Assembly (NCBI GenBank): GCA_963668645.2
Contig: CAXXWC010000001.1
Span: 64,001 to 128,000, forward strand
Source of the DNA: Desulfobacterales bacterium
Lineage (GTDB): Bacteria > Desulfobacterota > Desulfobacteria > Desulfobacterales > UBA2174
DNA length: 64,000 nucleotides
Direction of reading: 5' to 3'
Shown here: one piece after another, positions 10,860 through 19,535 of the stretch
Numbering within the stretch: the first letter of the stretch is position 1
Layout of the letters: each line of letters opens with the position of its first letter
The notes under the pieces: generated by a model
Told to the model about the DNA's origin: nothing
Databases searched by the model: none
The model's input: only the letters and a program-made list of their open reading frames with translations
Made by a program: the position numbers and the translations under genes

Positions 10860-11003
10860 GCGCAACCTGGGCCTTCGACCATGGACCCTCCTCCTCCTCT
10901 CCCTTCAGCGCCCCTCCCCTTTCCGGCTTCCTCTACGGAGGAAGACGGAAGGGCGGGATGAGGAGACGGGAAAAGAGAAAATCACGGAAAAAGGATCAAT
11001 CCA

Positions 11004-12011
11004 ATGCATCTCACGACACATCGCAATGACAAACGATTATTCCGGTTGAAAGCGGCATCCTTACTCTTGCTGTTTTTCAGTATAGCGGCGGCTCCGGTTT
11101 CGCCGGTGATCGCTGGATGCGCGGCACCGGCCCTGGAACGGCTTTCGCTGGTGGTCATCGGCGATCAGATCGCCTCTGTCTGTTACCGCCTCGGGGTGGC
11201 GCCGGCTGCCTGGGTGGGACGCAAATCGCTGATGAACAACGGCGATGTCCTGGCCGCGGCCGCCGAACCGCTCGGCTGCCCCGGAGTCTTTTGCGGCCCC
11301 CGGCAGGCAGCGGCCTTGAAGCGCATCATCGATCTCAGGCCTGAAAAGCTGCTGGCAACCCCGCCGGCCTGCCGCTACCGCCCGGACCTCTCCTATGAAA
11401 AACCCCTTGCCGCCCTGAAAGCTGCCGGTATGGCACCGGTTTTCATCGACTTCAACGACGGACCGGCCCCGGCGGTGCGACAAATCGCGGCCGAACTGGG
11501 GCGCAGCGAACAGGGCGAAAACCTCATCGCCGCCTATGAAAAGGAGATGGCCCGGGCCCGCCAGCGCATGGCCGCCCTGCCCCGGGGGCTGCGGGTGGCG
11601 TTGGTTTCCGGCACTTTCCAGGCGCAAACGGGCAAGTCCTTCCTGCGCCTGGAGGCGGCCGGCGGCTACACCGACGAGCTGATTTTGAAGCCCATGGGCG
11701 CGGTCAACGTGGCGGCCGAGGTCCTGGCCGCCGACGCGAAGATCAGCAAGGGGCACGCGGTCCTGCGGCGGCTGGACAAGGTGCTCGAGGCCCGGCCTGA
11801 CATCATCGCCGCCACCGGCGATGCCCTGGCGGTGAGCGCGGCGATCGCCGAGACCTTGTCCCGCCGGCCCGAACTGGCCCGGACGCCGGCGGTCCGCAAT
11901 GGCGCCATCCACGCCCTCCCGTTTTACGCCGAAACCGATCCGCTGGCCTGCCCGGAAGTGCTTCTGCGATGGGCTGCAGCCCTGGAGAATACGGTCCCTG
12001 AAACGAAATGA
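11004..12011 (+). CDS. Periplasmic substrate-binding protein, type III (Fe-siderophore/heme/B12-like)
   Basis: Signal peptide; IIDLRPEKLL, VLEARPDII and PAVRNGAIHALP repeats typical of the Fe/B12 binding-protein fold. Confidence 0.75.
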   Translation: MHLTTHRNDKRLFRLKAASLLLLFFSIAAAPVSPVIAGCAAPALERLSLVVIGDQIASVCYRLGVAPAAWVGRKSLMNNGDVLAAAAEPLGCPGVFCGPRQAAALKRIIDLRPEKLLATPPACRYRPDLSYEKPLAALKAAGMAPVFIDFNDGPAPAVRQIAAELGRSEQGENLIAAYEKEMARARQRMAALPRGLRVALVSGTFQAQTGKSFLRLEAAGGYTDELILKPMGAVNVAAEVLAADAKISKGHAVLRRLDKVLEARPDIIAATGDALAVSAAIAETLSRRPELARTPAVRNGAIHALPFYAETDPLACPEVLLRWAAALENTVPETK

Positions 12012-12125
12012 TGATGGCCGGTGCGGGCCCGGCATCGAATGCAAAAGGATGCAAATGCACCAGCGGCGACGCAGCGCTCCGCGGGGGAACGGCGGCGATC
12101 GCGGAAAGGAAGGGTAGAGGAGAGA

Positions 12126-13235
12126 ATGAGACAGGCAAGAACACGAAGAGGGAGGCGTGCGGGTCAGGAGGGGTTCACCCTGTTGGAGATCCTGGTGGTG
12201 CTGACCATTATGGGCTTTCTGATCGCCATGGTGGCCCCGCGGTTGGGCTTTCTGGGCGACAACGCCAGCGAGGTGGTGTGCAATTCGAACAAGGGGCGCT
12301 ACCGCACCTATGTTTCCACCTTCAGCAGCCAGCACAACGGGCTGTTTCCCAACCGGCTGACCAACTTGGTGGCCATGGACGGCAGCGCCGGTACGGCGTA
12401 TGTGGTACCGGCCTCCGACGAGGATCCGGATACCGGCAAAGAGGTCCTCTCCAAGGGCCACAACATGATGTACAAGTTCATGCCACACACCCTCAACGCC
12501 GCCGAGGCCGAAGAGCTCAAATCCCTGGGCGTCGACACGATCTTCAACCTCAACGACTACACGGGTTTCGACTACGCAGGAAAGACCAACCTGACCAACC
12601 ACAACATAGCCAACTACCCGGACGACATCACCGACCGTGAACCGTACATGCAGGAAGTCGATGTTATGGCTGGCACTCAGGTGGTTATGGCCGGCTGCGG
12701 CGCCAAGGAGCAGACCGGCGACTTCACCGCCGTCGGCCCTCTGCCCAAAATGGAATCCAAGTGGGCCTATCGGGATCTTTTCGCACGGATTATCTTTTCC
12801 ATCGGTCCGGAGAGCGAACTGGTCACCAAGGGCATCATCAGCAACGCTGCCCATTGCCCGGGAAGCATCATCAACTCGGACAACTTCACCTACGGAGAGT
12901 ACTACCTGATCCTGCCGCGGCTCAACGCCACCATCGTTCGTTTCACGGTTGAGACCGGTGCGGCGCGCCTGGTGGGGGATACCGGGATTTCGCCGGGCGT
13001 CGGGACCCGGACGGCCGCCCAGCTTCAGGCGGTTACAGGCATCTCCACCTCCCGCACCGACACGGTGGCCACCGGGTACAGCACCGCCACCAACGACAGC
13101 AATTACCGCATCGAAACGGTCAACCTGCTCGCCGAGCAGGAACCCTGGGAGTTTCTCACCAGCCGTGATCGCGACGACCCGGTCTGGTATTTCGATTTCA
13201 ACGGCAACAACACGATCCAGGTGCCGAGCAATTAG
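12126..13235 (+). CDS. Large type IV pilin-like protein 1 (369 aa)
   Basis: Basic leader followed by the class III signal G|FTLLEILVVLTIMGFLIAMVAP. Confidence 0.9.
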   Translation: MRQARTRRGRRAGQEGFTLLEILVVLTIMGFLIAMVAPRLGFLGDNASEVVCNSNKGRYRTYVSTFSSQHNGLFPNRLTNLVAMDGSAGTAYVVPASDEDPDTGKEVLSKGHNMMYKFMPHTLNAAEAEELKSLGVDTIFNLNDYTGFDYAGKTNLTNHNIANYPDDITDREPYMQEVDVMAGTQVVMAGCGAKEQTGDFTAVGPLPKMESKWAYRDLFARIIFSIGPESELVTKGIISNAAHCPGSIINSDNFTYGEYYLILPRLNATIVRFTVETGAARLVGDTGISPGVGTRTAAQLQAVTGISTSRTDTVATGYSTATNDSNYRIETVNLLAEQEPWEFLTSRDRDDPVWYFDFNGNNTIQVPSN

Positions 13236-13434
13236 CCCCATAGGCTCAAAATGAGAAAGGAGGTGATACGCCACAACTATCCAATTGCCGCGTTATCCGC
13301 GCGGCCCCCTGTCGCGGCGAGGCGCCGGAAGGGATGAAGAATCGATCGCGAAAACAAGACTCAGTCCCGGCAGACCCTGAGGGAGGGTTGCGGGCTAAAA
13401 ACAGCCCAACATTTAGCACCTCAGGAGACAAATA

Positions 13435-14505
13435 ATGAAAGCATTGAGCATGAAGCGTACACGCAAGTTTACCGGTAACCAGAAAGGTTTCACCCTTCTC
13501 GAGATCCTGGTGGTACTCACCATCATGGGCTTTCTCATCGCCATGGTGGCCCCGCGCCTGGCCATGGTGGGCACCGATGCGGTGGACACCGTGTGCGACA
13601 CCAACCAGAACCGCACCGTGACCTATCTGGCCACCTATTTCCAGAAGACCAATGGCAGCCTGCCCAACCACCTGACCAACCTGATCACCAGGGACGGAAG
13701 CGCGGCAACGAACTGGAAAGTGCCCACGATTTCAGACGAAGATCCGGACGACGGCATCAAGGGCGTGCTGTCCCAGGAATTCGGCCTGCGCAACAACCTG
13801 TCGATCCATTTCCTGAACGCCGCCGAGGTCGCCGAGCTGGACGGATTGGGCATCACCGACGTGTTCAACCTCAACGATCCCGAAGACAAGCGCAGCGACG
13901 CTCCTTTCATGGATGAAGATGCCATCGGCACTGACATGGCGGTTGCCATGATCGGAATGGGGGCGGCAGACAGCACGGCTGACTTGGCCCTGACAAGTGG
14001 CAACCAGATCGAAGAGGATGTTGCTACGACCTCACTAGTGGAGTACGGCTGGGGCGAGCCGGAGAAGCTCGGCCGCATCGCCTTCGGCCTCGGGCCGGAG
14101 AGCGACCTGATCAAGAGCGGCATCGTCTCCAACGCGGCCCATTGCCCGGGCGGCCTGCAGAACAGCGACAACGTCAGCTTCAACGACTACGTCCTCGTCG
14201 TGCCGCGGCTGGCGGCCACCGTGGACCGGCTGCCGAGTACCAATATCTTTGGCGGCACCGGAACAAAGCATACCACCACCGCCATCGGCTACATGGACGG
14301 CGACCTGGTGGAATCGACCACCCCCTACGACCTGTCTAACAACGCCGGCAACTTCATGAAGCGCACCGTCAAGCTGGTCGCCCAGGAAGCCTGGGAGTAC
14401 CAGACCCAGTGCCCCGAGGGACATGTCTATCCGGAAACCATGGACCACTGGGCCATCGACCTGAATGGCAATGGCAGCATCGCAGATGTCAACACTACAC
14501 CCTAA
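13435..14505 (+). CDS. Large type IV pilin-like protein 2 (356 aa), paralog of pilin 1 and probable major subunit
   Basis: G|FTLLEILVVLTIMGFLIAMVAPRL is identical to pilin 1; RBS AGGAG; flanked by stem-loops. Confidence 0.9.
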   Translation: MKALSMKRTRKFTGNQKGFTLLEILVVLTIMGFLIAMVAPRLAMVGTDAVDTVCDTNQNRTVTYLATYFQKTNGSLPNHLTNLITRDGSAATNWKVPTISDEDPDDGIKGVLSQEFGLRNNLSIHFLNAAEVAELDGLGITDVFNLNDPEDKRSDAPFMDEDAIGTDMAVAMIGMGAADSTADLALTSGNQIEEDVATTSLVEYGWGEPEKLGRIAFGLGPESDLIKSGIVSNAAHCPGGLQNSDNVSFNDYVLVVPRLAATVDRLPSTNIFGGTGTKHTTTAIGYMDGDLVESTTPYDLSNNAGNFMKRTVKLVAQEAWEYQTQCPEGHVYPETMDHWAIDLNGNGSIADVNTTP

Positions 14506-14587
14506 CTGACCTGACAACCCGCGGCGGGGAGGGCGACCTTCCCGCTCGTTTACCCTCCGTCGCGCACATATGCGCAACGGAGGTCAT

Positions 14588-14672
14588 GTAGGGGCGGGGT
14601 TTATCCCCTCCCGCAGGATTTCCCGTTTCATTTCGGCCGGATGCCACGGGCGGGGATAAACCCCGCCCCTAC
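14588..14672. repeat. GTAG-type REP doublet (REPIN-like)
   Basis: GTAGGGGCGGGGTTTATCCCCTCCCG ... CGGGCGGGGATAAACCCCGCCCCTAC, an inverted pair with 1 mismatch. Confidence 0.8.
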
Positions 14673-14719
14673 AGGAAAACCGGAATCAACCCATTTCGAA
14701 GAAACCGACGAAACGGCCC

Positions 14720-16789
14720 ATGGTCACCAGAACAGACGACAACCTCGGTTTTACCCTCCTCGAAGTGCTCATCGTGCTCTTCATCATGGGCATGATCGCG
14801 GCCATGGCCGTGCCGGCCATGGGGATCCTGGACGACCGGGAGCGAGAACGGATCACGCGGGACAAGATGGAACAGATCCGGCGCGCGATCCTGGGGCCGG
14901 ACGACCGTTTCGACAGCCAGGGGCGGCCGGTGATTGGCGGGTACGTGGGCGACCTTCATGCCTGGCCGGACCTGTGGGAGCCGCGAGCCGAGATCAATCC
15001 GAATTTCACCGGCACCGGGTGGGACAATCCTGATTCCATGTCCGCCGGTATGGGCCAGGGACCGGATTACACCGTGGATCCGGACAAAATCTTCTTCCGG
15101 CCTTCAGGCCGCTTCGTCAAGGGACGCTGGCAGTGGTACCGGCCGTACCGCAAACTCTACGACGATGCGACCAACAACCAAGACCACATCGGCGGGCTGG
15201 AGACGGAAAACGAGGGCCAGCCCCGGGGACTGTGGACCCGGTACCCTGAAGAGCTGCCCTTCGACATCGGCACCCACAAGGCGCCGGGAGAAGATCTGGG
15301 AGAGGCCTGGATGGGGCCTTACCTCGCCCCGCCCATCGCCGAAAACCCGTCGGACAGTGGTCATCTGGCCCGCAGCGACGAAGAGTACGGAAAACTCGCG
15401 CCCGTGCCCAAGGTCACCTGGGACCCGGTCAACAGCGTCTGGCTGCCGAGCTGGGAGGACGGGGACTACAACCCTTCCGCCGGCCTGGGCGAGCACTTCG
15501 ACGACCGCGAGGCTTTCCGCACCCTCCAGACCGAGGGCCGCTTCACCGATGGATGGGGCCGGGCCCTGCGCTTCTTTATCACCGCCGACCCGGATCACAC
15601 CGGCAGCACGATCTTCTGGATCCTCTCGGAGGGGCCGGACAAGGAGGGGACCTACCCCGCCAAGGGGACATGCAGCGGCCATGCCTGGAGCGTGGATACC
15701 GACGACACCATGGGCAAGGCCTATGACGAAGAAGATCCCTACAACCGGGACAACATCGTTTTGAAGCTATTTTCCCGGGACTGGGAGGCGCTCATCGCCG
15801 CCGAGGAGAAAGACAAGGTCGCCGCTACCGAGGCGACCCTCGAACGGATCCGCGAGGCCCTGATCGGCGAATCCCCGGCGGGCCGCAACACCGGCTTTAC
15901 CGGCGACCTGGCCCGCTGGCCCGGGCTCTTTCGCTGGGAGGACAACGGCACCCCGGCCGACCCGAGCGACGACCACTGGGACGACCAGGACGGCACCTCG
16001 ACGGCCTACACCAAGGGCCAGCCCCGGGGGCTGTGGACCGACAGGCCCAACACGGCCGACGCCGGCGACGATCTTCCGGTCTCGGTCTGGGGCATCGGCT
16101 GGCGCCATGCCTGCATCGGCGCCCCGGCGGGTGCCGGCGCGGACAACCTTCTCACAGACGCCTGGGGCCGGGAGATCCTGTTTTTCAAGGACGATGCCAA
16201 CGACCGGCTGCTGGTGCTGTCCCGGGGGCCGGACGGCAGGTTCGATTTCGCCACGACCAACGCGGACAAGACCGAACCGGAAGATTTCGTGGAGGTGCTG
16301 GACCTTTCCGCCTACGACCCCGGCGCGGCCCTTAACGCGGACAACCGGCACCTCGTCGTGGCCGGCGGCGACTGGGTGCCCGGCTTTTTCCGGCTGCTGA
16401 AATTCACCGTGATCGACGCCTATCTCGGCGATCCGACCCACGGCACCACAAAGGCCCGCTTCTTCCGGGCCGGCGGTGCGCCGGTGTCCGGGATCGACCT
16501 GCTGGCCCCGGCAACCCTCACGAACGAGGACGGCGATCTTTCCGTCGACGACTGGGCCGCTGGCGACGCAACGCCGGCCGACCCGGCCCTTGATTACGAC
16601 GATACCACGGCCCAAAAAGTCCCCACAGGGGCGCGCTACCTGGTCTTCTGGAACGACGCGGACAACAACGACAAAATCGACAGCGGCGAGACCTACCGCC
16701 GCGTCGTTTACAGTGTAACAGCCAAAGCCGGCAGCGGGCAGTACGAGGCGATCACCATCGATACGGACGATTTCGTCGCTTTGCCCTAG
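14720..16789 (+). CDS. Giant pilin/pseudopilin-like protein (689 aa) with two tandem GspG-like heads
   Basis: G|FTLLEVLIV; repeated motifs GQPRGLWT, D(G/A)WGR, LS(E/R)GPD and NxDN; C-terminal DADNNDKIDSGE. Confidence 0.85.
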   Translation: MVTRTDDNLGFTLLEVLIVLFIMGMIAAMAVPAMGILDDRERERITRDKMEQIRRAILGPDDRFDSQGRPVIGGYVGDLHAWPDLWEPRAEINPNFTGTGWDNPDSMSAGMGQGPDYTVDPDKIFFRPSGRFVKGRWQWYRPYRKLYDDATNNQDHIGGLETENEGQPRGLWTRYPEELPFDIGTHKAPGEDLGEAWMGPYLAPPIAENPSDSGHLARSDEEYGKLAPVPKVTWDPVNSVWLPSWEDGDYNPSAGLGEHFDDREAFRTLQTEGRFTDGWGRALRFFITADPDHTGSTIFWILSEGPDKEGTYPAKGTCSGHAWSVDTDDTMGKAYDEEDPYNRDNIVLKLFSRDWEALIAAEEKDKVAATEATLERIREALIGESPAGRNTGFTGDLARWPGLFRWEDNGTPADPSDDHWDDQDGTSTAYTKGQPRGLWTDRPNTADAGDDLPVSVWGIGWRHACIGAPAGAGADNLLTDAWGREILFFKDDANDRLLVLSRGPDGRFDFATTNADKTEPEDFVEVLDLSAYDPGAALNADNRHLVVAGGDWVPGFFRLLKFTVIDAYLGDPTHGTTKARFFRAGGAPVSGIDLLAPATLTNEDGDLSVDDWAAGDATPADPALDYDDTTAQKVPTGARYLVFWNDADNNDKIDSGETYRRVVYSVTAKAGSGQYEAITIDTDDFVALP

Positions 16790-16832
16790 ATTTTTGCCGA
16801 ATGAAAGAGTTCGGGAGGCATCGCAAGTTATC

Positions 16833-17011
16833 CGTCATGCCGGACTCGATCCGGCATCCATTTCCATCAAGACGGAATCAGACCCGAGGGCAACCTTTGA
16901 TGTTTTTGAGGATAATCAAAGCGGCGCTCTGAAATGGATTCCGGGTCAAGCCCGGAATGACAACAAGGTGGAAGATGAAAACCGGAACGACAACAAGGCG
17001 GAGGATAAAAA
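16833..17011. repeat. CGTC-type REP-like inverted pair plus a 30-bp tandem duplication
   Basis: CGTCATGCCGGACTCGATCCGGCATCCA (16833-16860) versus TGGATTCCGGGTCAAGCCCGGAATGAC (16935-16961); tandem units at 16952-16981 and 16982-17011. Confidence 0.7.
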
Positions 17012-17080
17012 ATCGTTCCCCCAAAACACAAAAAGTTCCGGATAGCCTTGATGAGCGCCAAAAAGGGAGCCTGACGCGAG

Positions 17081-18601
17081 TTGCTGCTGATTGAAAAGAC
17101 ACTGCTGGCCGTGGAAACGGCCGGCGAGGAAATCCGCGCGGCGGTGGTGCGCCGGCGGGCCAAACGCTTCGAGATCGTCGATTTTGCCGCCATGCGGCGG
17201 CCCGACCCGGAAGACGACCTGCCGTCGGTGGACGCGGTCAAGGCCCTGGCCGAGCGGCTGGGTCAGACCGGCGGGCCGGCGGTCTTCGTCACCCCCATGG
17301 CCAGGGCCTTCGATCTGCTGATGGACCGGCAGAAGGCCGCCGGGCTCAAGCATTACCAGCTCGCCGAGGCGGTGCGCTGGGAAGTGGAGCCGTACGCCGG
17401 CATCACCGGCGCCAATGCCCTGGTGGGCGTGGAAGCGGCCCTCCGGCCCGAGCCCCTGCCCGGCGAGGTGGTCTACGAAGACGAAGATGACCAGGCCACC
17501 TTCAACGTCTCGGCCATCGAGCGCAACGTCTACCGGGCCATCCGCGAGCGCTTCCGCGCCGCCGGTTTCAGGCTGCTGCGCATCTACCCGCCAGATGTGA
17601 CCTTCTACATGCCGCTGCTGATGGGGCCGGCTGAAATGGCCCGGGCGATTCTCGAGGTAGGGCCGGACTATTCCAACTTCGCCCTCGTGCGCGGCGGGAT
17701 GCCCGAACAGATCAACACCCTGAGCCTGAGCATCGAAACGATCCGCGCCCACCTGGCAGGAGATGCATTATCCCGGGACCTGGAAGAGTCGATGGCCTTC
17801 ACCGGACGCCAGGTGCCGGGGCCCGAACCGCTGGTGATCTCCGGACCGGGGGCCGCCGACGAAGCGGTGGTCGACTTTGTGGCCGGTTTCTGTGCCTACG
17901 GAGCCCAGCCTCTGGAACTGTCGCGGTCCGCAGGCATCGCCGACGCCCGCTCCAACCCGGCTCACGCGGCCTACGGCACCGTGGTGGGAGCCGCTGTGCG
18001 CGAGCTTTCCGGACGCAGCGGCCGGCGGCTGGGCATCGACGACCGGGTGGCCCTGGCCCTGCGCCTGAAGAACAGCGCCTACATCGCCCCCCTGGCCACC
18101 GTGATGTTTCTGGTGGCCCTGCTCTTCGGCCACTATTTCTGGATGAAGCACAAAGACCAAGTTTACCGCAAGCGGATTGACACCCTCACCGCCCAGGTCA
18201 AACAGCGAAAGGCCGAAGTAGACAAGTACGAAGCCCTGATCAAGGAATCCGAAAAAATCCAGAAGCAGATCACCTTCGCCCAAAAGCGCATCGCCTTCAT
18301 GGAGGGGGAGGCCGACACGGTCCTGATCCGCACGATCGAGACCCTCAACGGCATCGCCCGGGCCGTGGACAGCGGCATCGTGCTCACCTCGGTGGTCCAA
18401 CCGGCCCGGCAACCTAAGGGCGAGCGGGTGGACTATGGGCTCTGCGGCCTGGCCCGGGATCTGGCGGCGGTGAGCGGACTGGCCGAGCGGCTCCAGGCCG
18501 AGCCATGGTGCGAGGCGGCGGTAATGCGCAAGCTGGCCCGATCGCAGGCCGGGGGAGTCGATTTCGAGATCGCGCTGACCCTGCGTGGCGAGGCCGGATG
18601 A
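17081..18601 (+). CDS. PilM/PilN-like fusion (GspL/MshI-like alignment subunit)
   Basis: Actin-like N-terminal part (EAVRWEVEPY, AILEVGPDYSNFALVRGG), one TM segment, a coiled coil and a PilN-like C-terminus. Confidence 0.7.
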   Translation: MLLIEKTLLAVETAGEEIRAAVVRRRAKRFEIVDFAAMRRPDPEDDLPSVDAVKALAERLGQTGGPAVFVTPMARAFDLLMDRQKAAGLKHYQLAEAVRWEVEPYAGITGANALVGVEAALRPEPLPGEVVYEDEDDQATFNVSAIERNVYRAIRERFRAAGFRLLRIYPPDVTFYMPLLMGPAEMARAILEVGPDYSNFALVRGGMPEQINTLSLSIETIRAHLAGDALSRDLEESMAFTGRQVPGPEPLVISGPGAADEAVVDFVAGFCAYGAQPLELSRSAGIADARSNPAHAAYGTVVGAAVRELSGRSGRRLGIDDRVALALRLKNSAYIAPLATVMFLVALLFGHYFWMKHKDQVYRKRIDTLTAQVKQRKAEVDKYEALIKESEKIQKQITFAQKRIAFMEGEADTVLIRTIETLNGIARAVDSGIVLTSVVQPARQPKGERVDYGLCGLARDLAAVSGLAERLQAEPWCEAAVMRKLARSQAGGVDFEIALTLRGEAG

Positions 18602-19134
18602 GAAAGCTGACCCGTTTCGAGAAGTTCGGCCTGATGGCGGCCCTGATCGTGGCTTGCACCTTCTTTTACGTGAAGCGGGTCTACGAACCCCAGGAAAAGC
18701 GCCTCAAGAAGACCGTGGCCATGCTCAACAAGGTGGTCGGCGAGGTCAACAACCTCAACCAGTCCCCCTCTGCCGCCGCGGTGGAGCGCACCTTGAAACA
18801 GCGTGAAAAGCGCCTGGCTGACCTTAATGCCCAACTCGCGCGCACCGCGGTGCGCACCGGCGCGGTGCGCGAGGTCACGGCCCTGCTGGCCGACATCAAC
18901 CGCCTGATCGAGGATCACCGCCTGGTGGTGGACACCGTGGTCCCCAAGGGAACAGTGAAAGGCGAGCTTTTCGACTGGAACGTGTTTGCCGTCGATATGC
19001 ACGGGACCTTTTTCGACTTTGTATCTTTATTGGAAACCCTCAGGGACCTGGAGGACCCGGTTTGCATCGAAGCGATCCGCCTGGAGGCCGCGGGCGAGCC
19101 GGGACTGCACATTACCCTGAACCTGATGATCTGA
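18598..19134 (+). CDS. PilO/GspM/MshJ-like protein
   Basis: N-terminal TM, coiled coil, GTFFDFVSLLETL; ATGA overlap. Confidence 0.75.
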   Translation: MRKLTRFEKFGLMAALIVACTFFYVKRVYEPQEKRLKKTVAMLNKVVGEVNNLNQSPSAAAVERTLKQREKRLADLNAQLARTAVRTGAVREVTALLADINRLIEDHRLVVDTVVPKGTVKGELFDWNVFAVDMHGTFFDFVSLLETLRDLEDPVCIEAIRLEAAGEPGLHITLNLMI

Positions 19135-19154
19135 ATCCGGAGGTATGTCCTGTC

Positions 19155-19535
19155 ATGATGCGGTGGGTATGGCGGCCGTGGGCCGCGATGATACTGGTGA
19201 CGATGCTTGCACTTGGGCCGGCCCCGGCGGCCGCGGGCCAGGAGGCTAAACGCAGCCCCTTTCAGGCTCCGCCGCAACAGAGCGCCGATGCACCGCGCAA
19301 CTTCGAGCAGGCCATCCGCATGGTGAAGCTGCGCGGCATCGTGGACACGGAAGACTTCAGCCGGGTTCTGGTACAACTCGGCCCGGAGCCGGATTTTGTC
19401 GTTTTCGCCCCCGGGGACCGCATCAGTCTGGATTTTACCGGGGTCCCCCACGGCTTCACCGTTGAACGGATCGGCGCCCGGAGCGTCGTGTTCAAGGACG
19501 CCAGGGGTGAAACCCACGAGGTCGTACTGCCATGA
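19155..19535 (+). CDS. PilP/MshK-like exported protein
   Basis: Signal peptide, RSPF motif, LRGIV..., GDRI..FTVERI beta domain; lies between the PilO-like gene and the secretin. Confidence 0.65.
   Translation: MMRWVWRPWAAMILVTMLALGPAPAAAGQEAKRSPFQAPPQQSADAPRNFEQAIRMVKLRGIVDTEDFSRVLVQLGPEPDFVVFAPGDRISLDFTGVPHGFTVERIGARSVVFKDARGETHEVVLP

Noticed and set aside
8319..13434. Cobalamin riboswitch in the leaders near cobN, the binding protein and the pilins
   Set aside because: I could not find the conserved B12-box or core motifs by eye; an Rfam scan would settle it.
12126..16789. Cytochrome nanowire or e-pilin
   Set aside because: No CxxCH heme motifs, and the pilins are far longer than truncated e-pilins.
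16952..17011. Tandem 30-bp units as a CRISPR array
   Set aside because: Only two adjacent units, no spacers, no cas genes.
17051..17080. ATG...in-frame TGA just before the PilM-N gene as a selenocysteine codon (selA is in the window)
   Set aside because: No redox motif or evident SECIS; a TTG start after a GGGAG RBS explains the gene.
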